This document shows positions 23,860 through 35,442 of a stretch of 64,000 nt of DNA, piece after piece. Source of the stretch: Minutocellus sp. GHC0000111 (taxonomy: Eukaryota); assembly GCA_977018835.1 (NCBI GenBank), contig OZ361256.1:372001-436000 (forward strand). Reading direction: 5' to 3'. Numbering within the stretch: the stretch's first letter is position 1; each line of letters starts with the position of its first letter. The notes under the pieces are model-generated. The model saw only the letters and a list, made by a program, of their open reading frames with translations. It was not told the DNA's origin and did not search any database. Position numbers and translations under genes: made by a program.

Positions 23860-25731
23860 ATGCTTTCACTGGCGCTTTTTGCCGCGTCTATATCCTCAGT
23901 GCACGCGTTTTCACCGCAAGCAACAGCGTCGTTCTCCAGCCGATCACGACGTGCATCTATCACCGCCGCTCCTCCTCGTGGAGCCGGAGGCTCGATTTGT
24001 CAAACGTCAGTGAAAGCCGATGACGCAGGTAGAGACGAACTGGCGCCTAAACCAAGTGCCGTCAGCGATGTGGGGCTAGTAAATGCCACTAATGTTGGTT
24101 CCTCCGTGAAAGAGCTGGTCGACGAACTATCCGATCGGGAGGCCGAGAAAAGAAGCACAAGGGCACGACGGGCACAAATCGACACATCAATTGATGAAGA
24201 TGATGATGACGAGGAATACGACTTCTCAACACCAAGTCGGCCGAGGATACGACACGACAAGATGAATGGCAGAAGAAAGCGTACCGCCGATGACTTGTTC
24301 GACGATGACTTTGAAGACGACGATGACTTCTTTGACGATGACGAAGATGACTACTACGACCGACGAAGGAAAAGTGCTTCTCGGCCATTGAGCAACAAGA
24401 AGAAGTCCAACCGAAGGAGAAGGCTCTTTGATGATGATGACGATGATTACGAAGATGATTATTACGGGGATGAAGACTACGGTCGTACTGCCGACAAACC
24501 AAAAGAAAAGAGACGATACGGCGAGTACGTCACCTATTTCCAGGAGGACTTTGTCGAAGAAGATCCCAACCAGGCCTGGGAGTGGGAGACTACCCGGTCC
24601 GGCCGGGCGTCGGTACTGCTCCCACCGCTCCCCGATGATGCTCCTGCCAACAGTGCCGCACCAACCCCCCAAAGCATCATTCACTTTATTGGCGGTGCTA
24701 TAGTTGGTTCGTATCCTACCCAATTCTATTCCGATTTGCTCCTGCCTCTGGCTCAGCAGACCAATTCCGTGGTGGTGGCAACCAATGTGCCGGTAACGGT
24801 GGATCGGAACCCATTGGACCACTATGCCCTTTCAGATACAATTTACGAGGCGCTAGAAGAGGCATACGAAGACGTGCTTTGTGACGAGTTTGATTTTGAT
24901 AAGTTGAAGGACGTTCCCCTGGTGGGTGTTGGGCACAGTTTGGGATCGAGGCTGCATGTGGTGATGAATACCGACGACGAGGACATGGTCAGAAGAATGG
25001 AAAAGCGAATTCCCAACAAGAGGGTTGGCAATGTCTTCATGGGCTTTAACAATTATGGCGCCAGCTCGGCGGTTCCAGGTGTAAAGACGCTTCGAAAGGG
25101 TGTCAAGGAAAGCGAGAAATATCAGGAACAGAAACGAAAAGGCAGTCGGCGTCGCAATAGAAGACGAGATAAATACTCGTACGATGATGAATTTGAAGAC
25201 GATGATTACTACGATGACGGCGACTCCACCATCCAAGAGGACTTGGAAGAAATCTTTGGGCTTGCCATGGCTTCCGTGAAATCAAGGCTCACCCCGCGCG
25301 AATTGGGAGAGAATCTGGAGTTTGAACCCACTCCCGACGAGCTGTGGTCCTCTATTAGCAGCGGCTTGTACGGAGAAAGGATCAAGAATACACTAATTGT
25401 GCAGTTCGACAGAGATCGCATATGCCAAGGCTCGCGTTTGGCCCGGGCATTATCAGAGGGCGCTGCCGAGTCCAGCGGCAGCAACATCAAATTCGCCAGA
25501 TTGGAGGGAGCTCACTTGACGCCGTCTTCATCGTACAAGTCGAACGGTCTCAGCTTATCAAAGATTGTTGGATTTACCCAAGCTAGCCTCTCATTTGATG
25601 CAATGGCCAAGGAGATTGCGCGAGAACGCAAGGAGGACAAGGAAGCATCCAAGAAGGTCCTTGAGGACAAAGCTCACGAAATGGAGGCATTGGTTAAGAC
25701 CCTAACAAGGTTTGTAAAGGAAGTAAGATAA
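23860..25731 (+). CDS. DUF1350-type alpha/beta-hydrolase, predicted plastid-targeted
   Basis: IHFIGGAIVGSYP, GVGHSLG (nucleophile elbow), GFNN and GAHLTP. N-terminal MLSLALFAASISSVHA-FSP is a signal peptide plus ASAFAP-like motif. Alternative ATG at 23809. Confidence 0.75.
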   Translation: MLSLALFAASISSVHAFSPQATASFSSRSRRASITAAPPRGAGGSICQTSVKADDAGRDELAPKPSAVSDVGLVNATNVGSSVKELVDELSDREAEKRSTRARRAQIDTSIDEDDDDEEYDFSTPSRPRIRHDKMNGRRKRTADDLFDDDFEDDDDFFDDDEDDYYDRRRKSASRPLSNKKKSNRRRRLFDDDDDDYEDDYYGDEDYGRTADKPKEKRRYGEYVTYFQEDFVEEDPNQAWEWETTRSGRASVLLPPLPDDAPANSAAPTPQSIIHFIGGAIVGSYPTQFYSDLLLPLAQQTNSVVVATNVPVTVDRNPLDHYALSDTIYEALEEAYEDVLCDEFDFDKLKDVPLVGVGHSLGSRLHVVMNTDDEDMVRRMEKRIPNKRVGNVFMGFNNYGASSAVPGVKTLRKGVKESEKYQEQKRKGSRRRNRRRDKYSYDDEFEDDDYYDDGDSTIQEDLEEIFGLAMASVKSRLTPRELGENLEFEPTPDELWSSISSGLYGERIKNTLIVQFDRDRICQGSRLARALSEGAAESSGSNIKFARLEGAHLTPSSSYKSNGLSLSKIVGFTQASLSFDAMAKEIARERKEDKEASKKVLEDKAHEMEALVKTLTRFVKEVR

Positions 25732-25967
25732 GAGAAGAAAGATTATTATTGGCTCTATTTTTTGGGCAAACTAGATCTACAGGTTTATTACATGTAGACA
25801 CCACAGATATTTAATCAAATGAACACATTAGTTGTCGCAACCAAAGACACCAGCAGCAACATTTTTTCCCTTCAGACCGCGGATCGAACCGGTAGATGTA
25901 GTGTCTCCTGATTCATCATCGACCTCCTCACTTCCACCATCATCACTAGCTAGGAGTCCTCGAGCTA

Positions 25968-26598
25968 GGACCCCAAATCACGAAAAATGTCGGAATTTTT
26001 GCTTTTTTTCTGCCGAAGATTCGTGCGACATCGTGATGTGCGAAAAGGCGCCGATAGAATCGAAGAAGACGCAATGGTCGATCCTGAGAGAACAGATCAT
26101 CGCGAACACAGCGCAAGTAGCGCGACTCTCGTGCGACCTCTGTTGGATGAGTTTTCGACACGTCTTGTTGGCCATTTTTCCGGCTTTTTTTCGATGGATT
26201 CGATGTGCTGCTTCTCCCGTAGCTTCTACGTAGGAATCAGTACTAATTTAGTCAAGCGAGTCATAAAAGACACGGTGAGAAATGGAAATTGCCGACATTT
26301 CAATCCATCATAAAAAAGGCGCTCGACACTTCCAGCTCACCGCGACCACACCACGCAAACAAGCACGTCGAGCGGCTTCTTGTCATGTGCAAGATACGTG
26401 CTGGAAGTGGATGACACATGATGTGCATTTTTGAAATTGCGCTACTGAACGCCCTGATGGCCGTTTGAAACAGCGCTTTTGGGCGACGCCTCGCGATACT
26501 CTATTCTTTTTATTTACAAAATCTCCACTTTGTAGCTCTTTTGGCGCCTTTTCGCGTTTCGGCAGAGATTTCCCGACGTTTTTCGTGATTTGGGGTCC
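25968..26598. mobile_element. MITE / non-autonomous TIR DNA transposon (631 bp) with TA target-site duplication
   Basis: Left end GGACCCCAAATCACGAAAAATGTCGG versus reverse complement of right end GGACCCCAAATCACGAAAAACGTCGG (25/26 identical). TA at 25966-67 and 26599-600. No coding capacity. Confidence 0.85.
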
Positions 26599-26831
26599 TA
26601 GACTCGGCCAGTTGGGGAAAATCTAATCACCCCGAAACACTCTTTGGAGTCTTATCACATGAGGAACCCGGAACTTGAGCTCAGGGAAGCCGATGATGTG
26701 GCGGCCCTCGCCAGCAACACACGAGAGAACGCGGCGCCGACCAAAAAGACAAGGACCAGCATCGCCTTGCCTTGCTTGCTTCCTGCCCCGTCCTTCATTG
26801 TTGAAGTTTTGCACACCACAAGGACCAAACC

Positions 26832-29612
26832 ATGCGCGTCCTCGGAGGTTCCCTCGCCCTCCTCCTCGCCGCCGGCAAGGTGCGTGGCTTATCTGTTTGC
26901 TGGTGACAATTAGTTGGCGACTCGTTGGAAAGTTGCGGCACATCGTCGAATGATGGATGGATTGACAAACGCACGCAGACCGGTTCACTGTGTGCAGTGC
27001 CGAGAGTTTCAGTTCCGTTGAGAATGATGGGCGTGATGGAATGAGGATTGCTACACTGCACAGTAGTCAGCAACCTTGGAGGAATTGTCGGTATCTTCGC
27101 GAAGGGGCTTGGAGAATTCGAGCACATCTCGTGCTGGAAAATGTTGGAATGCGACGGTATCGGCAGCATGCAGAGAAAAAATGTGCCGCAAGAAAAATTG
27201 GAACGCAATTTGTTTGGCACATCCCAAGCCCATCAAGCTTGCCAGCATTGATGCACCCCAAGTTCCAAATGCAATTCATCTCACATTTCGTCTCTCTTCA
27301 TATCTCGTATCAAACTTGCACACAAAAGCAGGCGTCGGCATTCGTTCCGTCGTCGTTTGTTGCCCGGAATGGAAATAATGTTGCTGCTGCCTCTCCATCC
27401 TCACTGCACATGGCGACCGACAGCGGACCGCCGTACTCCGGCCCCAGCGTCAAGCCCATCCTCGACTCGGTCGAGTATCCCTCCGACATGAAGAACCTCG
27501 GCATGAAGGACCTGAAGCAGCTCGCCCACGAGCTCCGTTGGGAGGTCATCGAGGCCGTTTCCAAAACCGGCGGCCATCTCAGTTCGTCCCTCGGCGTCGT
27601 CGAATTGACCGTCGCCCTGCACTACGTCTTCGACATGCCCGACGACGACATCATCTGGGACGTCAGTCATCAGTGCTACCCGCACAAGATGCTCACCGGC
27701 CGGCGCAACCGATTCGAAAAGCTCCGGCAGCTCGGCGGCATCTCCGGTTTCTGCAAGCGCAAGGAATCCGAATACGATTCCTTCGGTGCCGGACATTCCA
27801 CCACCAGTATCTCCGCCGCTCAGGGCATGTCGGTCGGCAAGGCCATGCTCAACAAGCGCAAGAACAACAACATTGCCGTCATTGGCGATGGTGCCATCAG
27901 CGGTGGTATGGCCTTCGAGGCCATGAACAGTGCGGGTTATCTCAAGAACCGCATGATCGTCGTCCTCAATGACAATGGACAGGTCAGTCTCCCCACCGGC
28001 ACGCAGAGTGCCGGTGGTGTCGTCCCTGCCTCGCAGCTCAGTGCCTACACGTCCAACCTGCTGGTTTCTAAGCCCTTCCAGGATTTCCGTGACTTTGCCA
28101 AGAGCTTCAACCGTCTGCTGCCCGAGAATGTGCAGGAGGTCAACAAGCGCGTCGATGAGTATGCCCGTGGCCTCGTCAGCGGTGGTACCCTCTTCGAGGA
28201 GCTGGGTTTCTACTACGTCGGTCCCGTTGATGGACATGATCTGGACAACCTCATCCCCATTCTGGAGAAGCTTCGCGATTCCGACAGCAACAAGCCCGTC
28301 CTGCTCCACATCAAGACCGAGAAGGGCAAGGGCTACCCCCCCGCCGAGCAGGCCAGCGACAAGATGCACGGCGTCGCCAAGTTCGACGTCGGCACCGGAC
28401 AGCAGATCAAGGGCAAGTCCTCGGCTCCCAGCCTCACCTCGATTTTTGCCAACTCCCTCATCGACCAGGCCACCGAGGACCGGGCCGTCGTCGGCATCAC
28501 CGCCGCCATGCCCGGCGGCACCGGCATGGACATCTTCGGCCGCCGCTTCCCCAAGCGCACCTTCGACGTCGGCATTGCCGAGCAGCACGCCGTCACCTTC
28601 GCGGCCGGCATGGCCTGCGAGGGCCTCAAGCCCTTCTGCTGCATCTACTCCACCTTCATGCAGCGCGGTTACGACCAGGTGGTCCACGACGTGGCCATCC
28701 AGAACCTTCCCGTGCGCATGATTCTGGACCGTGCCGGCTTGGTTGGCAACGACGGACCCACCCACCATGGATGCTACGATCTGGCCTACCTGGGATGCAT
28801 CCCCAACCTGACCATCATGTCGCCCAGTGACGAGATTGAGCTGAGAAATATGGTTGCCACCTGCGCTGCCTTTGACGACGGACCGACTGTCCTTCGACAC
28901 CCTCGTGGTACTGGCTACGGTGCCGACAAGCTTCAGAACCTCTTTGGATATGAGCTTGAGAATGGCGAGATCCCCACCAAGGGTGAGTGAATTCGTTGAT
29001 TGGTGGTGTAACTGTGCATGTGGCATGGGCGCAGATTCCTTTTTGTTCCTTTGATCTAGTTTCTCACCAAACTTTACTCTTCTGATTTTTACTTTTACAG
29101 GCGAGGTCTTGCCCATCGGCAAGGGACGCATCATTCGCAAGCCGGGGGGAATCAACGGCGAAGCTAACGGTAACACCCGCGGAAAGGAGAAGAAGGACCG
29201 CGTGGCCATCCTTTCGTTCGGTACTCGATTGTCCGAGGCTCTCATTGCGGCGAACGAGGTTGAGGAGAAGGATCCCGATATCGCTGTTACTGTTGCAGAT
29301 GCTCGATTCATGAAGCCTTTGGACATTGATATGATTCGGGAACTTGCTGATGAGAACGGTGTTTTGATTACTGTTGAGGAGGGCAGCATCGGTGGTTTCG
29401 GTGACCACGTTTTGCACTTCCTTACTCTGGACGGAGCTCTCGATGACGGCAACCTTAAGGTCCGACCGATGGTCCTTCCCGACACCTACTTCGAGGCTGG
29501 AACGCAACAAGAGCAGTACGACATGGCTGGCCTCAACTCGCAACACATCCGCGGAACCATCCTTCGATTGACGGAGAGAGTGCAGGTTCCCGTTCTTTCC
29601 GAGCAGGACTAA
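26832..29612 (+). CDS. DXS: 1-deoxy-D-xylulose-5-phosphate synthase, plastid-targeted, 3 exons
   Basis: Exons 26832-26879, 27332-28982 and 29101-29612. The spliced N-terminus [24 protein letters not shown] gives a signal peptide plus ASAFAP motif. Motifs [29 protein letters not shown]...[24 protein letters not shown] and DGPTHHG. Confidence 0.97.
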
Positions 29613-29811
29613 ATCTTGGCTGACAGAAAAGAAGGAGGAGATCGCTCTGCGGAGGGGTTCTGTGTATATATTTGCATATTGAGATGGCGAGGCAACACCC
29701 AACCTATTATTTGATTCAATTTGAAGATAAACATTCACATGTAATAATGCTACGAAATTATTTCTATCAGGCTGTAGAAATATCCTCATCTGGACTAGTC
29801 CATGTAGAAAA

Positions 29812-31008
29812 TCACTCCCATTTGAGCTGCTCAAGGATATCGGCAACAGTTGCGCCACTTTTCACTCTTCCCCTCTCTGAGTACCATGAGTAAGAATCGC
29901 CTCTTCCATCAGGGGGGAACAGTTTAGCACTGAAATACGTATGAGTAATCCGGAAATCCACACTGCCGTCATCTTGTCCCAAAAGCTTCCCTCTCAGCGA
30001 CCGAGAAATTGTAAATCCTAGCATCAGCTCCATTTGGTCGATATCGATGATTTCTATGAAATTACCCACCAGCTCAATGTCTCCACCTCCAAAGAAAAAC
30101 TCGATCTCATCACCATCCGGAGGAAACATCTCCAAGCCCTCTTCAAAGTTGAGTTCACATGCATGCAAAGTCGATGTCATATCTCCAGATTTACTACTCC
30201 AGCTATTCTCAAATTCTTTTTTGCTAGCGAAATTGGCGACCTTGATGTGTTCGTCTAGCTCAAGCCACCCAGATTCTCCAGTCTTGAGGAACTCAGAGGC
30301 TTTGTCTCCTCTGAGGACATAAGATGTAAGCGGCGTGGTAGAATCACTATTATGCCGACTTCCTAGCATGAGAGTAAACACAAAAGAATAATCATTGACA
30401 GATGCCCTAATGGCAGGCTTGGGTGTTGTCTGCAAGAACTGACGGAAGAGTTTCTCCCAGTCCGTCGTCACCTCCCTCCCATCTGCATCATTCTCCCCAC
30501 CAAGAATGGACACGAGGTGCTTGAAGACCTTTGGATTCCTCCATTTCTGCCTACAGAGAGTTTTCCACACTTGTTCCAGGGCTTTGAAACGAAGGATGCG
30601 ATGGTTATTGTCCCCGACATAGCTAGGGTCACTACTATTGCTTGCAACAACTCCTCCACCCGAGTCCTTGATCCCGTCAGATCGATCTGCATCGGCCGCA
30701 CCGGCATCATCCAAAGACACCCTATCCCCGAAAATAGACATTGCCATATCCTTGCTCACCCTCAAAAGTAATCTACCGGTATCCCTGAGCGGCAGGTACC
30801 CGCTGAGAACAGTGAGACGGAGGGGCAAGATGCTGGCCAGCACATCATTTTCTTCCTCAGCCACATCATCGTTTTTGCGCGAGGTCTTGACTGCTTTCTG
30901 ACGCTTGCTTTGCGAAGAGGCGTGACAGATGCCTTCCACATGAGCTGAATGTCCATCTTCGCTGCGCCTTTTGCTGTTCATCTTGGTGCTGGTGCTCATT
31001 TGCTTCAT
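29812..31008 (-). CDS. Hypothetical protein with a degenerate F-box-like N-terminal region
   Basis: 398-aa ATG ORF. LPLRLTVLSGYLPLRDTGRLL...VWKTLCRQKW...DWEKLF resembles an F-box and its following helices. Confidence 0.55.
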   Translation of the reverse strand: MKQMSTSTKMNSKRRSEDGHSAHVEGICHASSQSKRQKAVKTSRKNDDVAEEENDVLASILPLRLTVLSGYLPLRDTGRLLLRVSKDMAMSIFGDRVSLDDAGAADADRSDGIKDSGGGVVASNSSDPSYVGDNNHRILRFKALEQVWKTLCRQKWRNPKVFKHLVSILGGENDADGREVTTDWEKLFRQFLQTTPKPAIRASVNDYSFVFTLMLGSRHNSDSTTPLTSYVLRGDKASEFLKTGESGWLELDEHIKVANFASKKEFENSWSSKSGDMTSTLHACELNFEEGLEMFPPDGDEIEFFFGGGDIELVGNFIEIIDIDQMELMLGFTISRSLRGKLLGQDDGSVDFRITHTYFSAKLFPPDGRGDSYSWYSERGRVKSGATVADILEQLKWE

Positions 31009-31275
31009 TGAAATTGTTCCTACCGCGTATCTCTTTGCTGAAAATGCGCACAGCTGGCAAAACCTTTCTCAATGCGTCACGAAACGTGAAAAAGAAAGTA
31101 TCAAGACGACGGACGGACGAAATCCCTTGCATCGCATTATCGCATTGCATTTTGCTCATTCTTTTCCTGCTCTTTGCATGGCCGAGCTCTTCGCGATCGC
31201 TTCGTTCTCTACGCACCGACGAAATCGAGTGCATATCGTACTGCCAGCAAAGAGGGGCCGACAAACGATGCCATT

Positions 31276-32925
31276 ATGAGCTCTCCTTCAACTGGAGCGG
31301 ATGATGAAGTTGGGTCTATGACGACCAGCGCGAGCAATGTTGCAGTTGCTGACGAGAAAGGCATTGTCGGGCTCGAGGCTTGTGCCGAAGTTGATGTTGC
31401 TGCTACTAAGCCTGATGCCTTTGATGATAATGATGTTGCTGCCGCTTCAGCAGCAGAAGGCGACGAAGAAGAGCCAGATGTGGATCTAGATCGTATCGTC
31501 ATGGAGGCGATACATCCCGATGCAGAACCTGAGCCGGGAGGCAACTCACATCCTCCTTCGGCGCCTCAAGCCTCCAAGCCTACTCTCCACTCCATGTTTA
31601 CCATCATCACTCAAGATTTGTTTGACGCCAGGATTTTGTTCTACCTGTCTATTTTCAGCATCATTGGCTCAATATTAAGAGTCTTTACTGGGCGTCTTTT
31701 TGGTCTCGATTGCGAGGGGTTGGATGTAGATGATGTGTTCCATGAGAGCTTTGCCAAGATTTGCGTGACCGCCACCGGTCTGACAGAGCAAACTGGTGGG
31801 GCATTATTCATTGAGCTCCCAGCGAACATGATTGGATCCATGATGATGGGAGTAATGACCTCCGAGCGCGGTTGGCCGAGCATCCCGTGGCTGAAGGCAG
31901 ACCACCCATTGCAGCAGGACAAGGCCATGAACATTGCCATTCGAACGGGGCTATGTGGGAGCCTTACGACATTTGCGTCTTGGAATTCTCAAATGGTGAT
32001 TATGCTGGACGGGTTTCAACTTCCTCTTGGACATCAGATTCTTCCTGCCATATTTGGCTACATCATTGGCTTGCAAGCATCGATTGCGTCTTTCTTATTC
32101 GGTCGGAAGGCCAACACGTGCATCAATCAGTACGTCAATCCTCACGTTTCCTCTGAAGCGCGGGGACACGGTCGGCCCGGGGCTCATAGAAATAGAGGCG
32201 ATGGGTTTGGTCTCTTTGCGAGAACCAGGAGAAGGAGACGCAAAGATGTGACGCATCGTCGAGGGAGTGAAAACTCTACAGATCTGCCAAATGACTTTGC
32301 TATTCCGGGGCACGACGGTGTTTCAGATACGGCACACAGCAATAAATGCCGAGAAAGGCCAAGAAGGAATGCAGGTCAACAAGGGGGTGTCCATTTACCC
32401 ACAATTGGCAATGCGGACTCTGACGATAAGGTTGGGTGCTATTTACTTGGACCGTTACTAAGCTGGACTGTGTTCCCCGTACTTCTTGTGGTGGTATTAT
32501 TCTCTCTTTTTGTTGTCAGCGATGCAGTATGGAACATTTTATTCTATCGAATCCTTTGGGTGAGCACACTCTTTACCCCTTTTGGTGCAATCGCGAGGTG
32601 GAGACTATCGCTTCTCAACCCATATCGAAAAACATTCCCGCTTGGTACTCTGATCGCGAATGTGTGTGGGAGCCTGGTTGCCATTCTAGCTGTGGCAATC
32701 GATACAAGATACTTGAAAAGTGAAATGATATCTGCCCAGCTTCTCGCGGCACTAAAGATTGGATTTGCTGGAAGTTTATCTACTGTGTCTACGTTTGTAA
32801 AGGAGGTGGTTGACATAACCGAAAGATATGGATATGACGCCAAGGGTTTCAAATATGCTGGGATCTCCCTGGTTGTTTGTTGCGCCGCTGGCGTTGTAGT
32901 ATACTCTCCCATCGTTCGTTCGTAA
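31276..32925 (+). CDS. Fluoride exporter, FEX/CrcB (two fused Fluc domains)
   Basis: Two Fluc repeats: PANMIGS...TGLCGSLTTFASW and GAIARW...PLGTLIANVCGS...IGFAGSLSTVSTF. Confidence 0.9.
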   Translation: MSSPSTGADDEVGSMTTSASNVAVADEKGIVGLEACAEVDVAATKPDAFDDNDVAAASAAEGDEEEPDVDLDRIVMEAIHPDAEPEPGGNSHPPSAPQASKPTLHSMFTIITQDLFDARILFYLSIFSIIGSILRVFTGRLFGLDCEGLDVDDVFHESFAKICVTATGLTEQTGGALFIELPANMIGSMMMGVMTSERGWPSIPWLKADHPLQQDKAMNIAIRTGLCGSLTTFASWNSQMVIMLDGFQLPLGHQILPAIFGYIIGLQASIASFLFGRKANTCINQYVNPHVSSEARGHGRPGAHRNRGDGFGLFARTRRRRRKDVTHRRGSENSTDLPNDFAIPGHDGVSDTAHSNKCRERPRRNAGQQGGVHLPTIGNADSDDKVGCYLLGPLLSWTVFPVLLVVVLFSLFVVSDAVWNILFYRILWVSTLFTPFGAIARWRLSLLNPYRKTFPLGTLIANVCGSLVAILAVAIDTRYLKSEMISAQLLAALKIGFAGSLSTVSTFVKEVVDITERYGYDAKGFKYAGISLVVCCAAGVVVYSPIVRS

Positions 32926-33413
32926 TGTTTACTCAGTATATATTTGGACTGGGGCTGTACTGCGACCTCCATCCTATTCGCATTGGGCCCTCCATATCAA
33001 CCAGTGAATTCGGCGAATGCTGTGTATTTACTAAAAAAGAATTCTTCCAAGCGCAAGAGATAAAAAAAATGACAATCGAGGCATGAATGAATTCTTGTTA
33101 CAATGAACTTTAGGTGCTATACGAGTACTGTCGTCATTTTTCATTTCTCATTAGAAGGCTTCATCATGTGCGCTTCTACTTGTGGCTTGAGTAAATAAAT
33201 GGAAGCCATGGATGTGACCACCATCTAGAGAGCAGTTCAGCATGGGTCGTAGAGGAATGCCGAGATCGATGCACCGCCACTTTTGCCTCGGGACTTGCAG
33301 TAGTGCGCCTGCGACCGACGCTCCGGACATGTAATGCTACAGTGCCGTGTCCAATTTTTATTAATCAATGTGTTTTCTATTATTTTATGCAATCTTTAAT
33401 TTTCTTTCAGGAC

Positions 33414-34595
33414 CTAACACAGACGCTCAGCATTACCATGTCCTCCAAGTAGGACAGCACACTTTTCAATCTCATCGATACCAAGATTTGCTTGTTTCAT
33501 CTCATCAACAAGTCCAGGAATTAAAAAGAGGCGACCGAAAAATAAGTGTTGAGCAAAGTGAAACAACTCAATATCCTCTTTGTTATGATCCGCCACAAGA
33601 GAGGCTCCATCGTTGGTTTCAAATTATGTTGAAACAAATTCCTTGTACTCAGAGCTATCATTAACTCGTAGCCCACCCGCATTTTCCTCAGTTGGCTTTG
33701 CATCCTTTGCCGGTAGTCCGAATATTACTGGATTTGGTTTTAAGAGACGAAAATCATGTGTCTCATAAAGTGTCTTATGCGATGCTACAGGCATCTCGCT
33801 TAAGCCGAACCATTCGATTGAGCATAGACGAGACTTGGCATTTGGAACGGTGTGCTTTGATCCATCAAAATTATCATACGCATAAGCCCCATTGAGCATC
33901 TTTGTCAAAATGTTACGGTACTTGGGACTTTGAATGTTCTCCACAAACTTTTCCCACGTATGCGGCTGCCCTTTCTTCACTGACGTGTGTGGAGGTTCAT
34001 AGAAGAAGGCACTCACACTGCGTTTGACGGGATTGCGCAGTGAGGTAATTATGGTCTCATTTCCGATGTAATTGGGACGATGGTCAGTACAGCCAGTTAC
34101 AAGTGGACACATCAGATCTTTCCTCGGACACGATCCTACTGGATCACCTGGAAACACACAGCAGGGATATCCATCGGGATGACACCCCGCTAATCCTCTT
34201 GCCATTACCGATAGTGCCGAAGAGGCTGACTTTGGAATGCGGATGCTATTGAGTAGTCTCGTATTTCTCATCGTGATTCCACCGTTCGATTTGTGCTGCG
34301 TGAGGAGATCAGGATAATAAAATCCTTCAATGTTGCTACCTTCAGGTGTAATGCTCTTGATACGCCTCCAGAACCTATCCATGGAAACAGTATAGGCAGC
34401 TTCTTTCATTGACACAGGTGCAGGTGGGGGGACTGGCAGGCTCTGACCCTCCAGGGCGCGCGAAATCTGCTCTCGTCCAGGTCCTCCGGCGTCGGGAAGG
34501 AGCAGCAAGTATGCCGCAACGGCCGCCGCTAGGAGGGAGGAAACCGCCGCGGCCGCTCGGCGTCCCGACCTTGACATCTTCTGTCTCGCCGCCAT
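33414..34595 (-). CDS. Type II membrane sulfotransferase with an in-frame TAA at 33624-33626 before the conserved C-terminal helix
   Basis: N-terminal TM (AVSSLLAAAVAAYLLLL), IRIPKSASSAL (5'-PSB) and SLRNPVKRSVSAFFY (3'-PB). The same frame continues after the stop as FETNDGASLVADHNKEDIELFHFAQHLF, matching the family N-x-x-D-x-x-L-[YF]-x-x-A motif. Confidence 0.75.
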
Positions 34596-35442
34596 TGCTG
34601 CGCTTCTTGACTTCTTGATTACTGAATATTATTCTTGTATGCTCACGGTGCAGCAAAGATTGCTAGCTCTACTTCTAGTAGCTACGTAGAGAGCACGACG
34701 ACGCAAGGGCAATTGCTGCTGGCGACATTTTGTTCGTTGTCTTCGTCGCGTGGAGCGCAAAATGCCTTCGTTGGAAAATGTCTTCGTTGGGGCCACATAA
34801 GCCCTCGCGATGACCCCATCCAACAACTGCCCCTGCCGAGCTCACATCGCGCAACCCTTTGTGTCCTTCTCGGACTCTTCCTCCTATCATCTTTCGAGAC
34901 AATGCAACTACAAGTACGAAGAAGTTTCAGTGGAGCGATGACAACGGCGACGAGCAGGAGAGCCACATGTACGGCCTGCAGATTCTGGTAGAGGATGGGC
35001 AGCCAGCCATGCCGCCAACAGTGTGGGCCTTTGCCCATGCCCTCACGACTGTCGGCGATGTCAGCAAATGATGCGAGTGCTGTGTTGGCAGTGGAAACAG
35101 CAAGTGCGGCCACTGGCTACCATCGACAAGAGGCAAGTTAAGACACTGCCTGCTAGCAAAAAAAACACACTGTAACAAAAGAGACACACCACCAGCAGCC
35201 ACACCCCACCCAGCGCCCCCCTGTGACTGCTGCGCCTGTTCACAGAACAGCGACCAGTGTCCCCACTCACTTGTTACTAGCAGTGCAGTTGCCATGGGAG
35301 GAGGCCTTGGCAACAAGCAGCATCTTAAATTGATGAGTGGCGCCTAACATTGCCATCCACTCTGCAGCACACGTTCGTTCACGTGAGAATGTGCCTGCGC
35401 AGGACGGCAGGCCTAGCTAGCTACGCAGCTAGAGCAGGCCTG

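Noticed and set aside
26990..27331. N-terminal extensions in the track ORFs for DXS and for the kinase (47185-47466)
   Set aside because: These stretches are intronic; spliced upstream exons give better N-termini (signal peptide + ASAF; TQ cluster).
27401..29485. 694-aa antisense ORF over DXS (likewise 50935..52401 over CUL1 and many ORFs over the TPR gene)
   Set aside because: Shadow ORFs produced by the strong C/G-ending codon bias of the sense gene; no recognisable domains.
5004..33626. Alternative genetic code (TAA/TAG reassigned)
   Set aside because: CUL1, DXS, DHH1 and YIP1 terminate with TAA/TAG at their expected C-termini, and long ORFs contain almost no internal stops.
34859..35071. 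Short protein-like ORF fragment (KKFQWSDDNGDEQESHMYGLQILV...)
   Set aside because: Too short, with no ATG start or recognisable family; possibly a gene relic but not supportable.
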